Source: Chthoniobacterales bacterium (GTDB lineage: Bacteria; Verrucomicrobiota; Verrucomicrobiia; Chthoniobacterales; Chthoniobacteraceae). Taken from it: 64,000 bases of DNA. How positions within the stretch are numbered: the stretch's first letter is position 1; every line of letters starts with the position of its first letter. The notes under the pieces were generated by a model that was not told the origin of the DNA, did no database searches, and saw only the letters and a list, made by a program, of their open reading frames with translations. This document shows, piece by piece, positions 17,435 to 27,494 of this stretch. The stretch is from NCBI GenBank assembly GCA_038207335.1, contig JBBQZX010000018.1, positions 32,001-96,000 of the forward strand, read 5' to 3'. Both the position numbers and the translations under genes were made by a program.

Positions 17435-18709
17435 CTACACCCGTGTCATCCAGGCGTGGATCGCCTCCGCTTTCCACGAGAGCCCAGCCGCGAGCGCGAC
17501 CAGCAGTAAGGCAGCCACATCGCGCCGCCCAAAACAATCCGCCCGCCCGCGACCGCGGATGAAATTCAGCAGCGCCCCGGTCGGGCAGCCGTAATGGCAA
17601 TACGCCATCGGCACGAAAAGCGACGCGACCAGCCCCGCGACGGCGATCGCTATCGTCACCGCGCCTGCCGTTTTCACCACATACGCATCGAACGGCTCCA
17701 GATGCGCCAGCTCGATCGGAAGCGAAAGCAGCGTCACAAAAAGTACCACTGCGAGCAGCAGCGGCGGCAGCCAGCGCAAACCGGCATCCAGCCCGTGTGG
17801 CACGCCGATGCGCCAGCGCCGCGGCGCAATGCGATGGAGGATTTCCTGCGCCGCGCCATGCGGGCAAATCTGCTGGCAATAGAGCGCCTTCCCGCTCACC
17901 CACGGCACCGCGAGCGCCGCTGCGAGCAGCAGCACGAGTCCCGGCGCAGTCCGCCACGGCACCCCCGATTCCGCCCAGCCCTCGAAGATCGACTGCGACA
18001 GCAAATCCCCGCTCACGAACCCGACGTAACCGATCACCAGCGCCTGAAATCCGCGCCGCAGCCACGCCCGCCCATACGTCCCCGTGAACGCCAACACGAG
18101 CCCCGCCGCAATCACCGCCGCGAGCCCCGAGTCGTGCCACCGCCAGCGGATCGGCGGTGGCCGCACCGCGAGCGCGGCGTCGGCGGATTGCAGTCGCCGC
18201 ATGATTCCCTCCGCCATCGCCATGCTCGTCATCGTCGCGCCGCTCACCCCCTCGATCCCCTCCTCTTCCGGCGTCCGCCGCGCGACTTCATCCCACGATT
18301 TTCCGTTCCACGTTTTGAGAAAAGTGCGGTCGTCACGCACGTCGCCGACATGCTCACGAGTGTCCTGGCTCGCATGAATCCGAACCCCCACCACGTGCAG
18401 CGCCGGATCGAACGCAACCAGCGAATCCGTCCACCCGCGATACCCCACGATTCCATCCGCAAACGGCGAAGTCCGCAGCACATAACCCAGCTCGTTCCCG
18501 TCCGCATCGCGCACCCACATCCCCGCACGCTCACCCGCATCCGGGCTCAGTTCCGCTACCGTCGGATAAATCTCGCGCACTTCATCGAGAGCAATCGGCG
18601 CGTGCCCCTCGATCCGCAGCCGCACTGCGTGAGCGCGGATGATCCACGCGATCGCGACGAGCACGGCGAGCCGGTAGATTTGGAGAAAAGCATGCCGACT
18701 CGAAAACAT
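17435..18709 (-). CDS. FMN-binding / 4Fe-4S membrane protein (NosR/NirI-like)
   Basis: GYRG motif, flavinylation motif VSGATMTS, CQQICPHG and CHYGCPTG motifs, multiple TM helices. Confidence 0.85.
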   Translation of the reverse strand: MFSSRHAFLQIYRLAVLVAIAWIIRAHAVRLRIEGHAPIALDEVREIYPTVAELSPDAGERAGMWVRDADGNELGYVLRTSPFADGIVGYRGWTDSLVAFDPALHVVGVRIHASQDTREHVGDVRDDRTFLKTWNGKSWDEVARRTPEEEGIEGVSGATMTSMAMAEGIMRRLQSADAALAVRPPPIRWRWHDSGLAAVIAAGLVLAFTGTYGRAWLRRGFQALVIGYVGFVSGDLLSQSIFEGWAESGVPWRTAPGLVLLLAAALAVPWVSGKALYCQQICPHGAAQEILHRIAPRRWRIGVPHGLDAGLRWLPPLLLAVVLFVTLLSLPIELAHLEPFDAYVVKTAGAVTIAIAVAGLVASLFVPMAYCHYGCPTGALLNFIRGRGRADCFGRRDVAALLLVALAAGLSWKAEAIHAWMTRV

Positions 18710-18742
18710 CGCAAGACGGGATTTTGAGCCGCCTCGCTCGCC

Positions 18743-21031
18743 TCACGGCACCGGCAAAAGCTGCACGACATCCGCGTGGACATTTCCATCCGCAGGCGCT
18801 CCACCGAGCATCACGACCGCAGGCTTCGCCGGGTCGAAATGGAACACGCCGAGCGAATTGAACCCGCCCGGAAGCGCCGAGGCTACGCGCTGATTCACCG
18901 TCAATTTCTTCACCCCATCCGCGCTCTCGATCGTCACCGGCGCATTCGTTGCGCGGTTCTCATGGACGCCCGGACTGAGCCGCACATCATACTTGCCCGC
19001 TTTCGCGATCTTGAATTCGTACCGCGCCGCGCCGTCGTCATTCGCGCTGCGATAGCGGTATCCATTTCCAAAATATCCTGGCAGCCCGCTGCCCTCCGTC
19101 CATTTTCCCGTCAGCTTCGCCTGCGAATCGTCGAGCGCGAGCCCCGGCAGCGCGGCGACCGGCAAACCCGGCACGCCAACGAGCTTCACCGGCTGCACCG
19201 GCGGCGGCTTGAAGCCCGCCGGCAGATGAATCGGCGCATCCACCGTTTCGCGCCGCGCGACGCCATTCAGCGCGAGCATCTCCTTCAGTTCGGGAAAGTA
19301 GCGCTCATAAATTTCGCGAGGCGTGCATTGATGCTTCACGCACAACGACGCCGCCTTTCCCACGACCTCGCCGATCATCCCGCCAGTCTTCATCACGCGC
19401 ACTGTGCCGAGCGCCTCATGCGTCACGCTGATGTCGCGCCCGGCCATGAAAAGGTTGTCGATATTCCGCGAATACATGCAGCGATACGGCACCGGATACC
19501 CGTGCTCGCGATCGACTTTTTTGTCGAAAATCGCCTTCGAGATGAACGGGTTTTCCGGGAATTTTTTCGCGTATTGCTCTTTCGGATAATGCAGATCGAT
19601 GTCCCAAGTCGTCGGCACCGTGCCGTCGGGAAATGGCCGCTTTTCCGCGATGTCCTCGCGCGTCAGCAGGACATCGCCGAGAAGTTGCCGCGACTCGCGC
19701 GTGCCGCCGATGTAGGCGATCCATTCGAGCCGCGCATTCGCGTGCTCCGCCTTGCCGCCCTTGTTTTTCATCGCGTCGAATGCGCCGAAAATCGCGCGTA
19801 GATTCCAGTCGCGCGTCTCCTCCAGCCCGGTGATCGGATTCACATTGAAGCCGCCCTCCCAAAACCATTCCGCGTGTCCGCGGCGCGGATACGGAAAGTC
19901 ATCCATCTCGAGATTCAGCGCCCACGGCACCGACGGAAAAGTCTGCGACGTCTCGGCCGTGTCCCATCGCCACATATTGCTCATGCCGAGATGCTCCGTC
20001 TCGCGCACCGTGAGTTGCGCGCCCGCGAGTGCGCCCACCGTGCCGTGCCCCGTGCAATCGACAAAAAGCCGCCCGGAAAATTTGCGCCGCGCGCTCGTCC
20101 GCGTGTCGAGCGAAGTGACCGACGCGACGCGCTTCGGGTCCGCCATTTCCACCTCGACGACGTGGTTGTTCAGGAAAAGTGAGATGTTCTTTTCAGCCCG
20201 CACCAGCGCCTCTTTTTTGTCGTCGCCGAACTCCTCAAACGTCCCCGGAGACGCCTTCGCCTGATCCATGAATTCCTCCACGATCTCGCCGAGATTCGGG
20301 TAAAGCCCGCGCCGAATCCCGCCCATCGCCCACACCCGAATTTCGCTCGACCCATTTCCGCCGAGCACCGGTCGATCCTGCACCAGAGCCACCTTGCAGC
20401 CCATGCGTGCCGCCGAGAGCGCCGACCCCATGCCCGCGTAGCCGCCGCCGACAACCACCAAATCATACGTCCCGGCATCCGCCGGTTTCTCCGGCAAGCC
20501 GAGCGTCGCGAGCCGCCATTTCGCGAGCGCCGCCGCGTCGTTCGGCGGCGTGGCGGACGGATCTTTCGTGAAAAAGATCGCGTCGCAGCGTCCGTTGAAT
20601 CCCGTCAGATCATGCAGCGCCAGCGTCGTCGTCGACTGCGCGATTTCCACCGTCCCACCATTCTGCCATGCCCACTCCGCGCCATTCGTTCCGAACGTTT
20701 CCGGCAGCGCCTTGCCATCCACCACGATCTGAAATTTCCCCGGCGCGCCCGGAGCTTTCCACTGCGCGACCCAATCCTTCGTTCGCACAAAGACGCGATA
20801 TTTCCCCGCGCCCGGAAATGTAACCGTAGTGGTTGCATCTTTCACCGGCGCGCCCATCCCGTGCGCCATGAGATACGGCGAGCCCATGATCTCGATGAAC
20901 TGCGTGTCGAGCACCCAGCCACCGGGATTTTCAAAACTCTCCGCCTCGACCAAAAGCTGGTCCGCCGCCATCGCGCGCGCGACCGCGAATACCACCGCCG
21001 CCGCTGCGGCCAAATACGTGGGAAGCCGCAT
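18743..21031 (-). CDS. secreted FAD-dependent oxidoreductase with a C-terminal xanthan-lyase/golvesin-like domain
   Basis: Signal peptide, VVVGGGYAG, LGGNGSSE, VDCTGHG, RESRQLLG; C-terminal HADVVQL. Confidence 0.85.
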   Translation of the reverse strand: MRLPTYLAAAAAVVFAVARAMAADQLLVEAESFENPGGWVLDTQFIEIMGSPYLMAHGMGAPVKDATTTVTFPGAGKYRVFVRTKDWVAQWKAPGAPGKFQIVVDGKALPETFGTNGAEWAWQNGGTVEIAQSTTTLALHDLTGFNGRCDAIFFTKDPSATPPNDAAALAKWRLATLGLPEKPADAGTYDLVVVGGGYAGMGSALSAARMGCKVALVQDRPVLGGNGSSEIRVWAMGGIRRGLYPNLGEIVEEFMDQAKASPGTFEEFGDDKKEALVRAEKNISLFLNNHVVEVEMADPKRVASVTSLDTRTSARRKFSGRLFVDCTGHGTVGALAGAQLTVRETEHLGMSNMWRWDTAETSQTFPSVPWALNLEMDDFPYPRRGHAEWFWEGGFNVNPITGLEETRDWNLRAIFGAFDAMKNKGGKAEHANARLEWIAYIGGTRESRQLLGDVLLTREDIAEKRPFPDGTVPTTWDIDLHYPKEQYAKKFPENPFISKAIFDKKVDREHGYPVPYRCMYSRNIDNLFMAGRDISVTHEALGTVRVMKTGGMIGEVVGKAASLCVKHQCTPREIYERYFPELKEMLALNGVARRETVDAPIHLPAGFKPPPVQPVKLVGVPGLPVAALPGLALDDSQAKLTGKWTEGSGLPGYFGNGYRYRSANDDGAARYEFKIAKAGKYDVRLSPGVHENRATNAPVTIESADGVKKLTVNQRVASALPGGFNSLGVFHFDPAKPAVVMLGGAPADGNVHADVVQLLPVP

Positions 21032-21037
21032 GGTCGC

Positions 21038-21472
21038 TTACTTCACGACCGGCTTGCCCGCTTCCTTCCACGCCCTGAAGCCGCCATTCATGTGCAGGAT
21101 CGACGGCACTTTCAACGCCTCAACTTTCGGCAAAACCTGCCCGCTGCGCCCCCCCGCCGCGCAATGCAAAACGATCGGCTGCGTGGGATCGAGCGCCGCG
21201 ATCTTCTCGTCGAAATCGGGATCGACCGAGCTGATGTTTTTCGCCCCCTCGATGTGCCCATCCGCAAATTCTCGAGGAGTCCGCACATCCAAAATCGTAA
21301 CCTTCGGATTGCTCGCGATGAGCTTCGCCACGTCATCCGGCGTCCCATTCGAGACGCGCGGTGCAGGAGCCTGCGGCGCTCTAGCCTTCACTGGCTCAGT
21401 CTTTTCCGTCGGTGCGGCAAAAAGCGGGGATGCAATAAGTGCGAGAGCGATGAGGAGCGGTGAAGTTTTCAT
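21038..21472 (-). CDS. secreted rhodanese-like domain protein
   Basis: ILDVRTPREFADGHIEGA, HCAAGGRS. Confidence 0.9.
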   Translation of the reverse strand: MKTSPLLIALALIASPLFAAPTEKTEPVKARAPQAPAPRVSNGTPDDVAKLIASNPKVTILDVRTPREFADGHIEGAKNISSVDPDFDEKIAALDPTQPIVLHCAAGGRSGQVLPKVEALKVPSILHMNGGFRAWKEAGKPVVK

Positions 21473-21614
21473 GGGAAGCTGATTCAAGCGAGTTGCGACA
21501 GCCGCGCAAGCGGGCTGTTAACATCGCAGATTTCCCACCTCCTAGAATGCCGGAAAGGACGCTGACCAAATTCGTGTTGAAAGTCGCAAGCGTCGGAGTA
21601 TCCATCGCAGACAA

Positions 21615-22475
21615 ATGCGGTATTCCCCTTTGTTCATTTCCGCCGTCGCCTCTCTAGCTCTGTTGAGTGCATCACATGCCGCGAGCGTCACTCTTGCCGG
21701 TTCCATCACCGGCCTTCCCGGAGCCAACAACGACCAGATCGACGGCTGGCGCTCTACCAACTTTCTCAAGAACTTCGACCCCGACGGCGACAACATCTAC
21801 GGCACCGCTGGTTACGTCCTCTACGGCACCGACGCGGCAGTCAACAGCACCGCCGGCAGCGTCCAGACCGCCGACCCCCTCACCTTCAATAACGGAGTCA
21901 TCCGCACCCTCAACTCCGTCCCCGGTTACCTCACCCTCGCCAACAGTCTCAACGGCCAGAACCAGCTCGCCAGTAGCTACGGGTACAAACTGTTCGACGA
22001 CCCTACCCAGCCCACCGGCCCCACCGTCTCCGACGTCGAGAGCGGAGCCGCCCTGCGCGGAGGCGTTGCCCTTGGCACCGAGTCCCCTCTCCTGAACATC
22101 ACCATTGGCACCGGCTTCCCCACCGCCGGGCTCCGCATCGGCCTCATCTACGACAACACCGACAACTACGCGGGCTACTTCCGACTCACGCAGACCACCG
22201 GCGGCGGCGCCACCAGCACCTTCACCTTCGGCGTCGTCCCCGCCGGACAGGAGCTCGGGCTCGCCTTTTTCGACCTCAGCGGCGTCGTGCAGGGCGACGT
22301 TTTCACTCTCTACGGCGCAAAGGATGGCCCTACCCAGCCCACAGGCGGCAACTCCAACACCAACGTCATCTACGGCGGCCTCAGCTTCGACGTCGTCCCC
22401 GAGCCCACCAGCGCCGGCCTTCTCCTCCTCGGCGGTGCGCTCATCGGCATGAAGCGTCGGCAGCGCCTACTCTGA
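21615..22475 (+). CDS. PEP-CTERM sorting domain surface protein
   Basis: Signal peptide; C-terminal VPEPTSAGLLLLGGALIGMKRRQR. Confidence 0.92.
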   Translation: MRYSPLFISAVASLALLSASHAASVTLAGSITGLPGANNDQIDGWRSTNFLKNFDPDGDNIYGTAGYVLYGTDAAVNSTAGSVQTADPLTFNNGVIRTLNSVPGYLTLANSLNGQNQLASSYGYKLFDDPTQPTGPTVSDVESGAALRGGVALGTESPLLNITIGTGFPTAGLRIGLIYDNTDNYAGYFRLTQTTGGGATSTFTFGVVPAGQELGLAFFDLSGVVQGDVFTLYGAKDGPTQPTGGNSNTNVIYGGLSFDVVPEPTSAGLLLLGGALIGMKRRQRLL

Positions 22476-22611
22476 GATCGGAAATTTTGGGCGCTGGGGT
22501 CGGTGAACGAATCACGCGCAGCGATGAGGTTGCATCGCGCGCGACTTCTCCGCTAATGGTTCGCGCTCGCGCAGGTTCTCCTGCCTGCCCAAACTCCCAC
22601 ACATCACACAC

Positions 22612-23385
22612 ATGAAACTGCTCTCGTCACTCCTCGTCCTCGCCACGCTCGGCACCGCCGCCGCTCACGCCGCGGACGCTCCCGTCCTCAATGTCCCCGA
22701 CCTCCCCGCGCGCAACAGCGCTGCGGGTGAGCACAAAATTTTCAACGGCAAAGACCTCGAAGGCTGGTCTGGAAACCCAGAGCTCTGGTCGGTGGAAAAC
22801 GGCGCGATCACTGGTAAGACGACCGCCGAGCATCCGACCAAACATAACACCTTCCTCGTCTATACCGACGGCGAAGTCGGTGACTTCGAACTCACTTTCA
22901 AATATAAGATCGTCCCCGGCGACGACAAAGGCTTTGGCAACTCCGGCGTGCAATATCGCAGCAAAGTCCTGCAACCCGGCGAGAGCGGCCCGATCATCGG
23001 AGGCTATCAGGCGGACTTCGAGTGCGGGAAAACTTACTCCGGCATCCTGTATGAAGAGAAAATGCGCGGCATCCTCGCCAAGCGCGGCGAGAAAACGGTG
23101 ATCAAGTCAGACCCCGCGGATCCGAAAAAACCGATCATCGAAGTCGTCGGCAAAGTCGGCGACAGCGACGAGATTCAGAAGAGCATCAACAAGGACGATT
23201 GGAACGACTACAAGATCATCGCGAAGGGCAACCACCTTCAGCATTTCATTAACGGAATGCAGACGATCGACGTGACCGACGAGACGCCCGAAGGCGCGAA
23301 AACGGGCGTGCTCGCGCTGCAACTCCACGCCGGCGCACCGATGACGGTGCAGTTCGCCGACATGGTCTTGAAGACGCTGAAATAG
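22612..23385 (+). CDS. DUF1080 (3-keto-disaccharide hydrolase family) protein
   Basis: IFNGKDLEGW, NSGVQYRS, GYQAD, WNDYKI, LALQLHAG. Confidence 0.9.
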   Translation: MKLLSSLLVLATLGTAAAHAADAPVLNVPDLPARNSAAGEHKIFNGKDLEGWSGNPELWSVENGAITGKTTAEHPTKHNTFLVYTDGEVGDFELTFKYKIVPGDDKGFGNSGVQYRSKVLQPGESGPIIGGYQADFECGKTYSGILYEEKMRGILAKRGEKTVIKSDPADPKKPIIEVVGKVGDSDEIQKSINKDDWNDYKIIAKGNHLQHFINGMQTIDVTDETPEGAKTGVLALQLHAGAPMTVQFADMVLKTLK

Positions 23386-23431
23386 CCGGCGCCGGTGGCG
23401 GGAATCGCCAACCGGCACCGACTCAAAATTT

Positions 23432-23465
23432 AAAACGCCGCCCACTCTCAGGGCGGCGTTTTTTT
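23432..23465. terminator. bidirectional intrinsic terminator
   Basis: AAAACGCCGCCC-actctca-GGGCGGCGTTTTTTT between convergent genes. Confidence 0.85.
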
Positions 23466-23554
23466 GTTTGGGTGGATCGGAGCCGGAGCGGCTGCGCGAA
23501 TCCGCGCCTCCTTTAACCGCTCGCCGGGATCGTTGATCAGCTACAGCGCTCGGG

Positions 23555-24814
23555 TCACCGCGGCGCGAGAGTGTCGAGTTTGCGTTTCCATTCCTGCGCG
23601 GTTTTCCGCTGACCGCTCGCGGCGTAGAAATGAAGCAGCCGTTTGGAAATCGCCGCGAGGCGTTGCTTGTCAGGCTCCGCGGCAGGCGCCCCCAGCGGTT
23701 CGATGATGTCGCCCACGGCTTTAAACTCAGCCCCCGCCTCCGCGTCTTTGTTTTTTTGAAAGAGGGCTACTCCCAGAATGCTGTGCGCATCTGCGGCAGG
23801 CCAGCCGGCGATGTCTTGCGCGGCGAGGATTTCGAGCCATTCACGCGCGGCGATTTCCGCTTCGGCATATTTTCTTTTTTCCAGATTTTCCGTCGCCACT
23901 GCCGCCGCGCGATCCGCTGCGGACTCGGCATTTGTCGGCGGTGCCACTGGTGCCACTGGTGCCACTGGTGCCGTTGAGACGACCGGACGAACCGGCGACG
24001 CAGTCACTTGAGCCGCGGAAGGCGAACGCTGCTCCTCGAGTTCGGCGCGCAGTTTGTCGGACTCCGCACGTGCGGCGAGCGCCTGCTGCGAGTGCGCGCT
24101 GGCCTGCGCGCGCAACTCCGCGGACTCCGCACGCAAGCCCTCGGAATCTTTCCTAAACCGCTCTGAATCCGCGCGCGCCGACTCGAGTTGCTGGCTCTGC
24201 ATCGCCGCAGTCTGCTCGCCGCGCACCGCGATTTCATCGCGTGATCGCTCCGCCGCTGCGCTCGCGGCGCGCGCCTGCTCGGCGACATTTTCGGCACGCT
24301 GGCGCGCTTCTTTTTCCTGAAAAGTGATGACCGCAAGCGCGCCGACCACCGCCGCCAAAACCGTGGCCGTGATCCACGGAAAAGTATTCGAGCGAAACGG
24401 CGCGGTCGCAGTCGCGAGCTGCCGAGCGGACATCGGCACGAGCGCCACCGCCGACGGATGCGCGCCTCCCTGCGGCTCGGCAACGCGTACGAGATCGGTG
24501 CTCGTCGGCGCACCTTTTTTCTCATCGCCGTCGGCTGGAACTGGCGCGGATTTCCAGACCGGCGGCACGGCACGCAGCTTCAGATTTGGCGCAGATGCAG
24601 CATCCGAGGGAGAGGCTGCGACCCTCTCGGCGACGCGTTTTTCCATCCGCTCGCGGAACTCTCCCTCCGCACCGCAAGTCGCATCGAGATACGCCGCGCG
24701 CTCCGCCGGATCTGCAAGCCCGGCAGCCACCGCGCAGATCGAATCGTTGCGCGCTTCATCGGGCGAGGCGGGCTCCGGTGGATGATCGAATGGGCGTGGA
24801 GTGAACGGTGTCAT
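23555..24814 (-). CDS. membrane protein resembling a PVC Ser/Thr kinase-TPR protein but with no kinase domain
   Basis: N-terminal DPAERAAYLDATCG...FRERME, central TM helix, coiled coil, C-terminal KYAEAE...HSILGVAL...QEWKRKL TPR; no kinase motifs. Confidence 0.65.
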   Translation of the reverse strand: MTPFTPRPFDHPPEPASPDEARNDSICAVAAGLADPAERAAYLDATCGAEGEFRERMEKRVAERVAASPSDAASAPNLKLRAVPPVWKSAPVPADGDEKKGAPTSTDLVRVAEPQGGAHPSAVALVPMSARQLATATAPFRSNTFPWITATVLAAVVGALAVITFQEKEARQRAENVAEQARAASAAAERSRDEIAVRGEQTAAMQSQQLESARADSERFRKDSEGLRAESAELRAQASAHSQQALAARAESDKLRAELEEQRSPSAAQVTASPVRPVVSTAPVAPVAPVAPPTNAESAADRAAAVATENLEKRKYAEAEIAAREWLEILAAQDIAGWPAADAHSILGVALFQKNKDAEAGAEFKAVGDIIEPLGAPAAEPDKQRLAAISKRLLHFYAASGQRKTAQEWKRKLDTLAPR

Positions 24815-25010
24815 CGCATGAAAAAGTCAGCGAGCGAGATAGCGCACGCCGCATGGTCTTGGCGAGATCGGCGTTCGTCTCGCGACCTCCCGCTTCTCCG
24901 CAAATCCCCGCCACACCTAAGTCCGCAGCGGCTTCGCGAATTAAGAATGCCGTCGCCAATCCCGGCGGAGCGCCGATAGATTGAGCGCTCACATTCAGTC
25001 CCACTAATCC

Positions 25011-26363
25011 ATGAACAACCCCACAAACATCATCACTCCCGACTCGCTCTCGCGCCGCACTTTCCTCAAGCGCGGCTCCGCGGGCGTCGCCGGTGCCGCA
25101 CTTCTCGGCGCCATCTCGCCCGAGCGTTTCGCTTTTGGCGCAGCCTCAAATGACACGCTGAAAATCGCACTCGTCGGCTGCGGCGGACGCGGCTCAGGCG
25201 CTGCGAATCAAGCGCTCAGCACCTACGGCCTCGGCCCGGTCAAACTCGTCGCAATGGCCGACGTCCACGAAGACCGCCTCAAGAGCTCGCTCGACAACCT
25301 GAAAAAGACGCACGCCGACCGCGTCGATGTCCCGCCGGAGAATCAATTCCTCGGCTTCGACGCATTCAAAAAAGCGATCGCACTGTGCGATGTCGCCATC
25401 CTCGCCACGCCTCCCGGGTTTCGCCCGATGATGTTCGAAGAGGCCGTGAAGCAGGGCAAAAACATCTTCATGGAGAAGCCCGTCGCCACCGATGCCGCGG
25501 GCGTGCGCAAAGTGCTCGCCGCCGCTGAGGAAGCGAAAAAGAAAAACCTCAAAGTCGGCGTCGGCCTCCAGCGGCACCACCAGGACGGATACCTCGAGAC
25601 CGTCAAGCGCCTGCAAGACGGCCAGATCGGCGACATCGTCTCCATGAGCTGCTACTGGAATGGCCAGCGCCCGTGGCAGAAAAAGCGCGTCGATCTCGAG
25701 AAGCAATACGGCCGCAAGCTCACCGAAATGGAATACCAACTGCGCAACTGGTACTACTTCACCTGGATCGGCGGCGACCACATCGTCGAGCAGCACATCC
25801 ACAATATCGACGTCATCAACTGGGTGAAAAACGCGCACCCGGTGAAGGCCCGTTGCATGGGCGGGCGCGAGATCAATCTCGGCGGCACGGATGACGGCGT
25901 GATCTTCGACCACTTCGCCACCGAGTTCGATTTCGCGGACGGATCGACCGCTTACAGCTACTGCCGGCACCAGCCCGGCTGCTGGAATAGCGTCAGCGAG
26001 CACGTCGTCGGCACGAAAGGAAAGTGCGACGTGAGCGGCCACAAAATCACCGGTGGCGACCAGTGGCGCTTCAAGAAAGAGGGCGCGAAAGACCCGTATC
26101 AGCAGGAGCACGACGACCTCTTCACCGCGATCCGCAACAACCAGGAATATAGCGAAGCGGTGCGCGGCGCGGAGAGCACGATGACCGCGATATTCGGCCG
26201 CATGGCCGGCTACTCGGGCAAGGAACTCGACTGGGACGCGGCGATCGGCTCGAAGATCGAGCTGCTCCCGAAAAACCTCGCTTGGGACGCCGAGGCACCG
26301 GTCAATCCGGGTCTGGACGGCTACTACCCGCGGGCGATCCCGGGGAAGACCGAAGTCATCTAA
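25011..26363 (+). CDS. Tat-exported Gfo/Idh/MocA family oxidoreductase
   Basis: SRRTFLK Tat signal, ALVGCGGRG, FMEKP, EQHIHNID. Confidence 0.92.
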   Translation: MNNPTNIITPDSLSRRTFLKRGSAGVAGAALLGAISPERFAFGAASNDTLKIALVGCGGRGSGAANQALSTYGLGPVKLVAMADVHEDRLKSSLDNLKKTHADRVDVPPENQFLGFDAFKKAIALCDVAILATPPGFRPMMFEEAVKQGKNIFMEKPVATDAAGVRKVLAAAEEAKKKNLKVGVGLQRHHQDGYLETVKRLQDGQIGDIVSMSCYWNGQRPWQKKRVDLEKQYGRKLTEMEYQLRNWYYFTWIGGDHIVEQHIHNIDVINWVKNAHPVKARCMGGREINLGGTDDGVIFDHFATEFDFADGSTAYSYCRHQPGCWNSVSEHVVGTKGKCDVSGHKITGGDQWRFKKEGAKDPYQQEHDDLFTAIRNNQEYSEAVRGAESTMTAIFGRMAGYSGKELDWDAAIGSKIELLPKNLAWDAEAPVNPGLDGYYPRAIPGKTEVI

Positions 26364-26386
26364 TCAGCCAGCACGCTTGATTCCCA

Positions 26387-26428
26387 GCGCCCCGCGTTTC
26401 CTAAAAGCAGGAACGCGGGGCGCTTTTT
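26387..26428 (+). terminator. intrinsic terminator
   Basis: AGCGCCCCGCGTT...AACGCGGGGCGCT followed by TTTT. Confidence 0.75.
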
Positions 26429-26492
26429 GCGTGGGAGCCGCGCTTTCTCGAGAAGCGCGCTCCTCCAAAAAAGTCACCGCGCGGCGCGGAGT

Positions 26493-27494
26493 TCACCGCT
26501 GCACGGGCCACCGCGATGATAGGACAAATTCCACCTTCTCTTCGGGCTTCCGCGCGAGGTGCGCAGCTGTGTCCAGCGTCGCTTCGATCAGCGCGAGTCC
26601 GCGCTGGGGGCCAAGCACGCTCACAGCAGTCGCGAGGCTGTCCGCTGTCGTGCAGTTCGGAGCGAGGATCGTGACGAGGCCGTGATCTGTGAGCCCGAGT
26701 CCGGTGTGCGGATCGACGATGTGCGAGTATCGGACGCCACCGATTTCCACTCGCTGGAAGACATCGCCGCTCGTCGCAATCGCGCTGTTTCTTAAGAACA
26801 CGATCTCCGGCGGCGGCGCGCCGGGGATATCGAGCGGCGCGACTTCGATCCGCCATCCCGGCTGGCCCGGGGGCGCGTCGCCCGCCGCCATGTCGCCGCT
26901 GCCGCCAACCAGCGCGCGCGTGATCCCGCGCTTTCGCAGCACTGCAAGCGCTTCATCGACCGCGAAGCCTTTTGCAATCCCACCGACATCGAGCCGCATT
27001 TCCGGCACGAGCAGTTCTGCCGTGTGCGCTTTCTCATCGAGCCGCAGATTTTTGAAACCGACCCGCGCCCGCATCTCCGCGAGAGTTTCGGCAGCGGGCA
27101 ATTCTTTCGTCCGACGCGCGCGGCGCCAAAGATTCACGAACGGCCCAACCGTGATGTCGAACGCCCCATCCGTCCGCGCTGCGAGCGCCTGCGAGCGTTC
27201 CAGCACGCGCCACAAATCCGTGCTCACCGGCACCGCTTTCCCCTGTCCTGCCGTGCGTGAAAGTCGGCTCAATTCGCTGTCGCTGTCGTAGTCGCTCAGC
27301 ACCGCGTTCAACTCCGCGATCCGCTCAAATGCAGAAACCGCAGCCGATCGCGCGCTCTTCTCATCCTCCGCGAACAGCGTGACGCGGAACGGCAGCCCCA
27401 TCTCCGCCTTCTCAAAAACAAACCGCTCCTCCGCTTCCGCGCGCCATACGCAGAACAGCGCGCTGACGACCGCAAACACGCGCAACACGCTCAC
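26493..27494 (-). CDS. apbE: FAD:protein FMN transferase
   Basis: AFDITVGP, LDVGGIAKG, IATSGD, SHIVDPHTG, ADSLATA; GTG start overlaps the upstream stop (GTGA). Confidence 0.92.
   Translation of the reverse strand: MSVLRVFAVVSALFCVWRAEAEERFVFEKAEMGLPFRVTLFAEDEKSARSAAVSAFERIAELNAVLSDYDSDSELSRLSRTAGQGKAVPVSTDLWRVLERSQALAARTDGAFDITVGPFVNLWRRARRTKELPAAETLAEMRARVGFKNLRLDEKAHTAELLVPEMRLDVGGIAKGFAVDEALAVLRKRGITRALVGGSGDMAAGDAPPGQPGWRIEVAPLDIPGAPPPEIVFLRNSAIATSGDVFQRVEIGGVRYSHIVDPHTGLGLTDHGLVTILAPNCTTADSLATAVSVLGPQRGLALIEATLDTAAHLARKPEEKVEFVLSSRWPVQR

Noticed and set aside
23940..23972. 9-bp tandem repeat GGTGCCACT
   Set aside because: In-frame coding repeat (APV)n in a linker; cannot phase-shift and is ordinary
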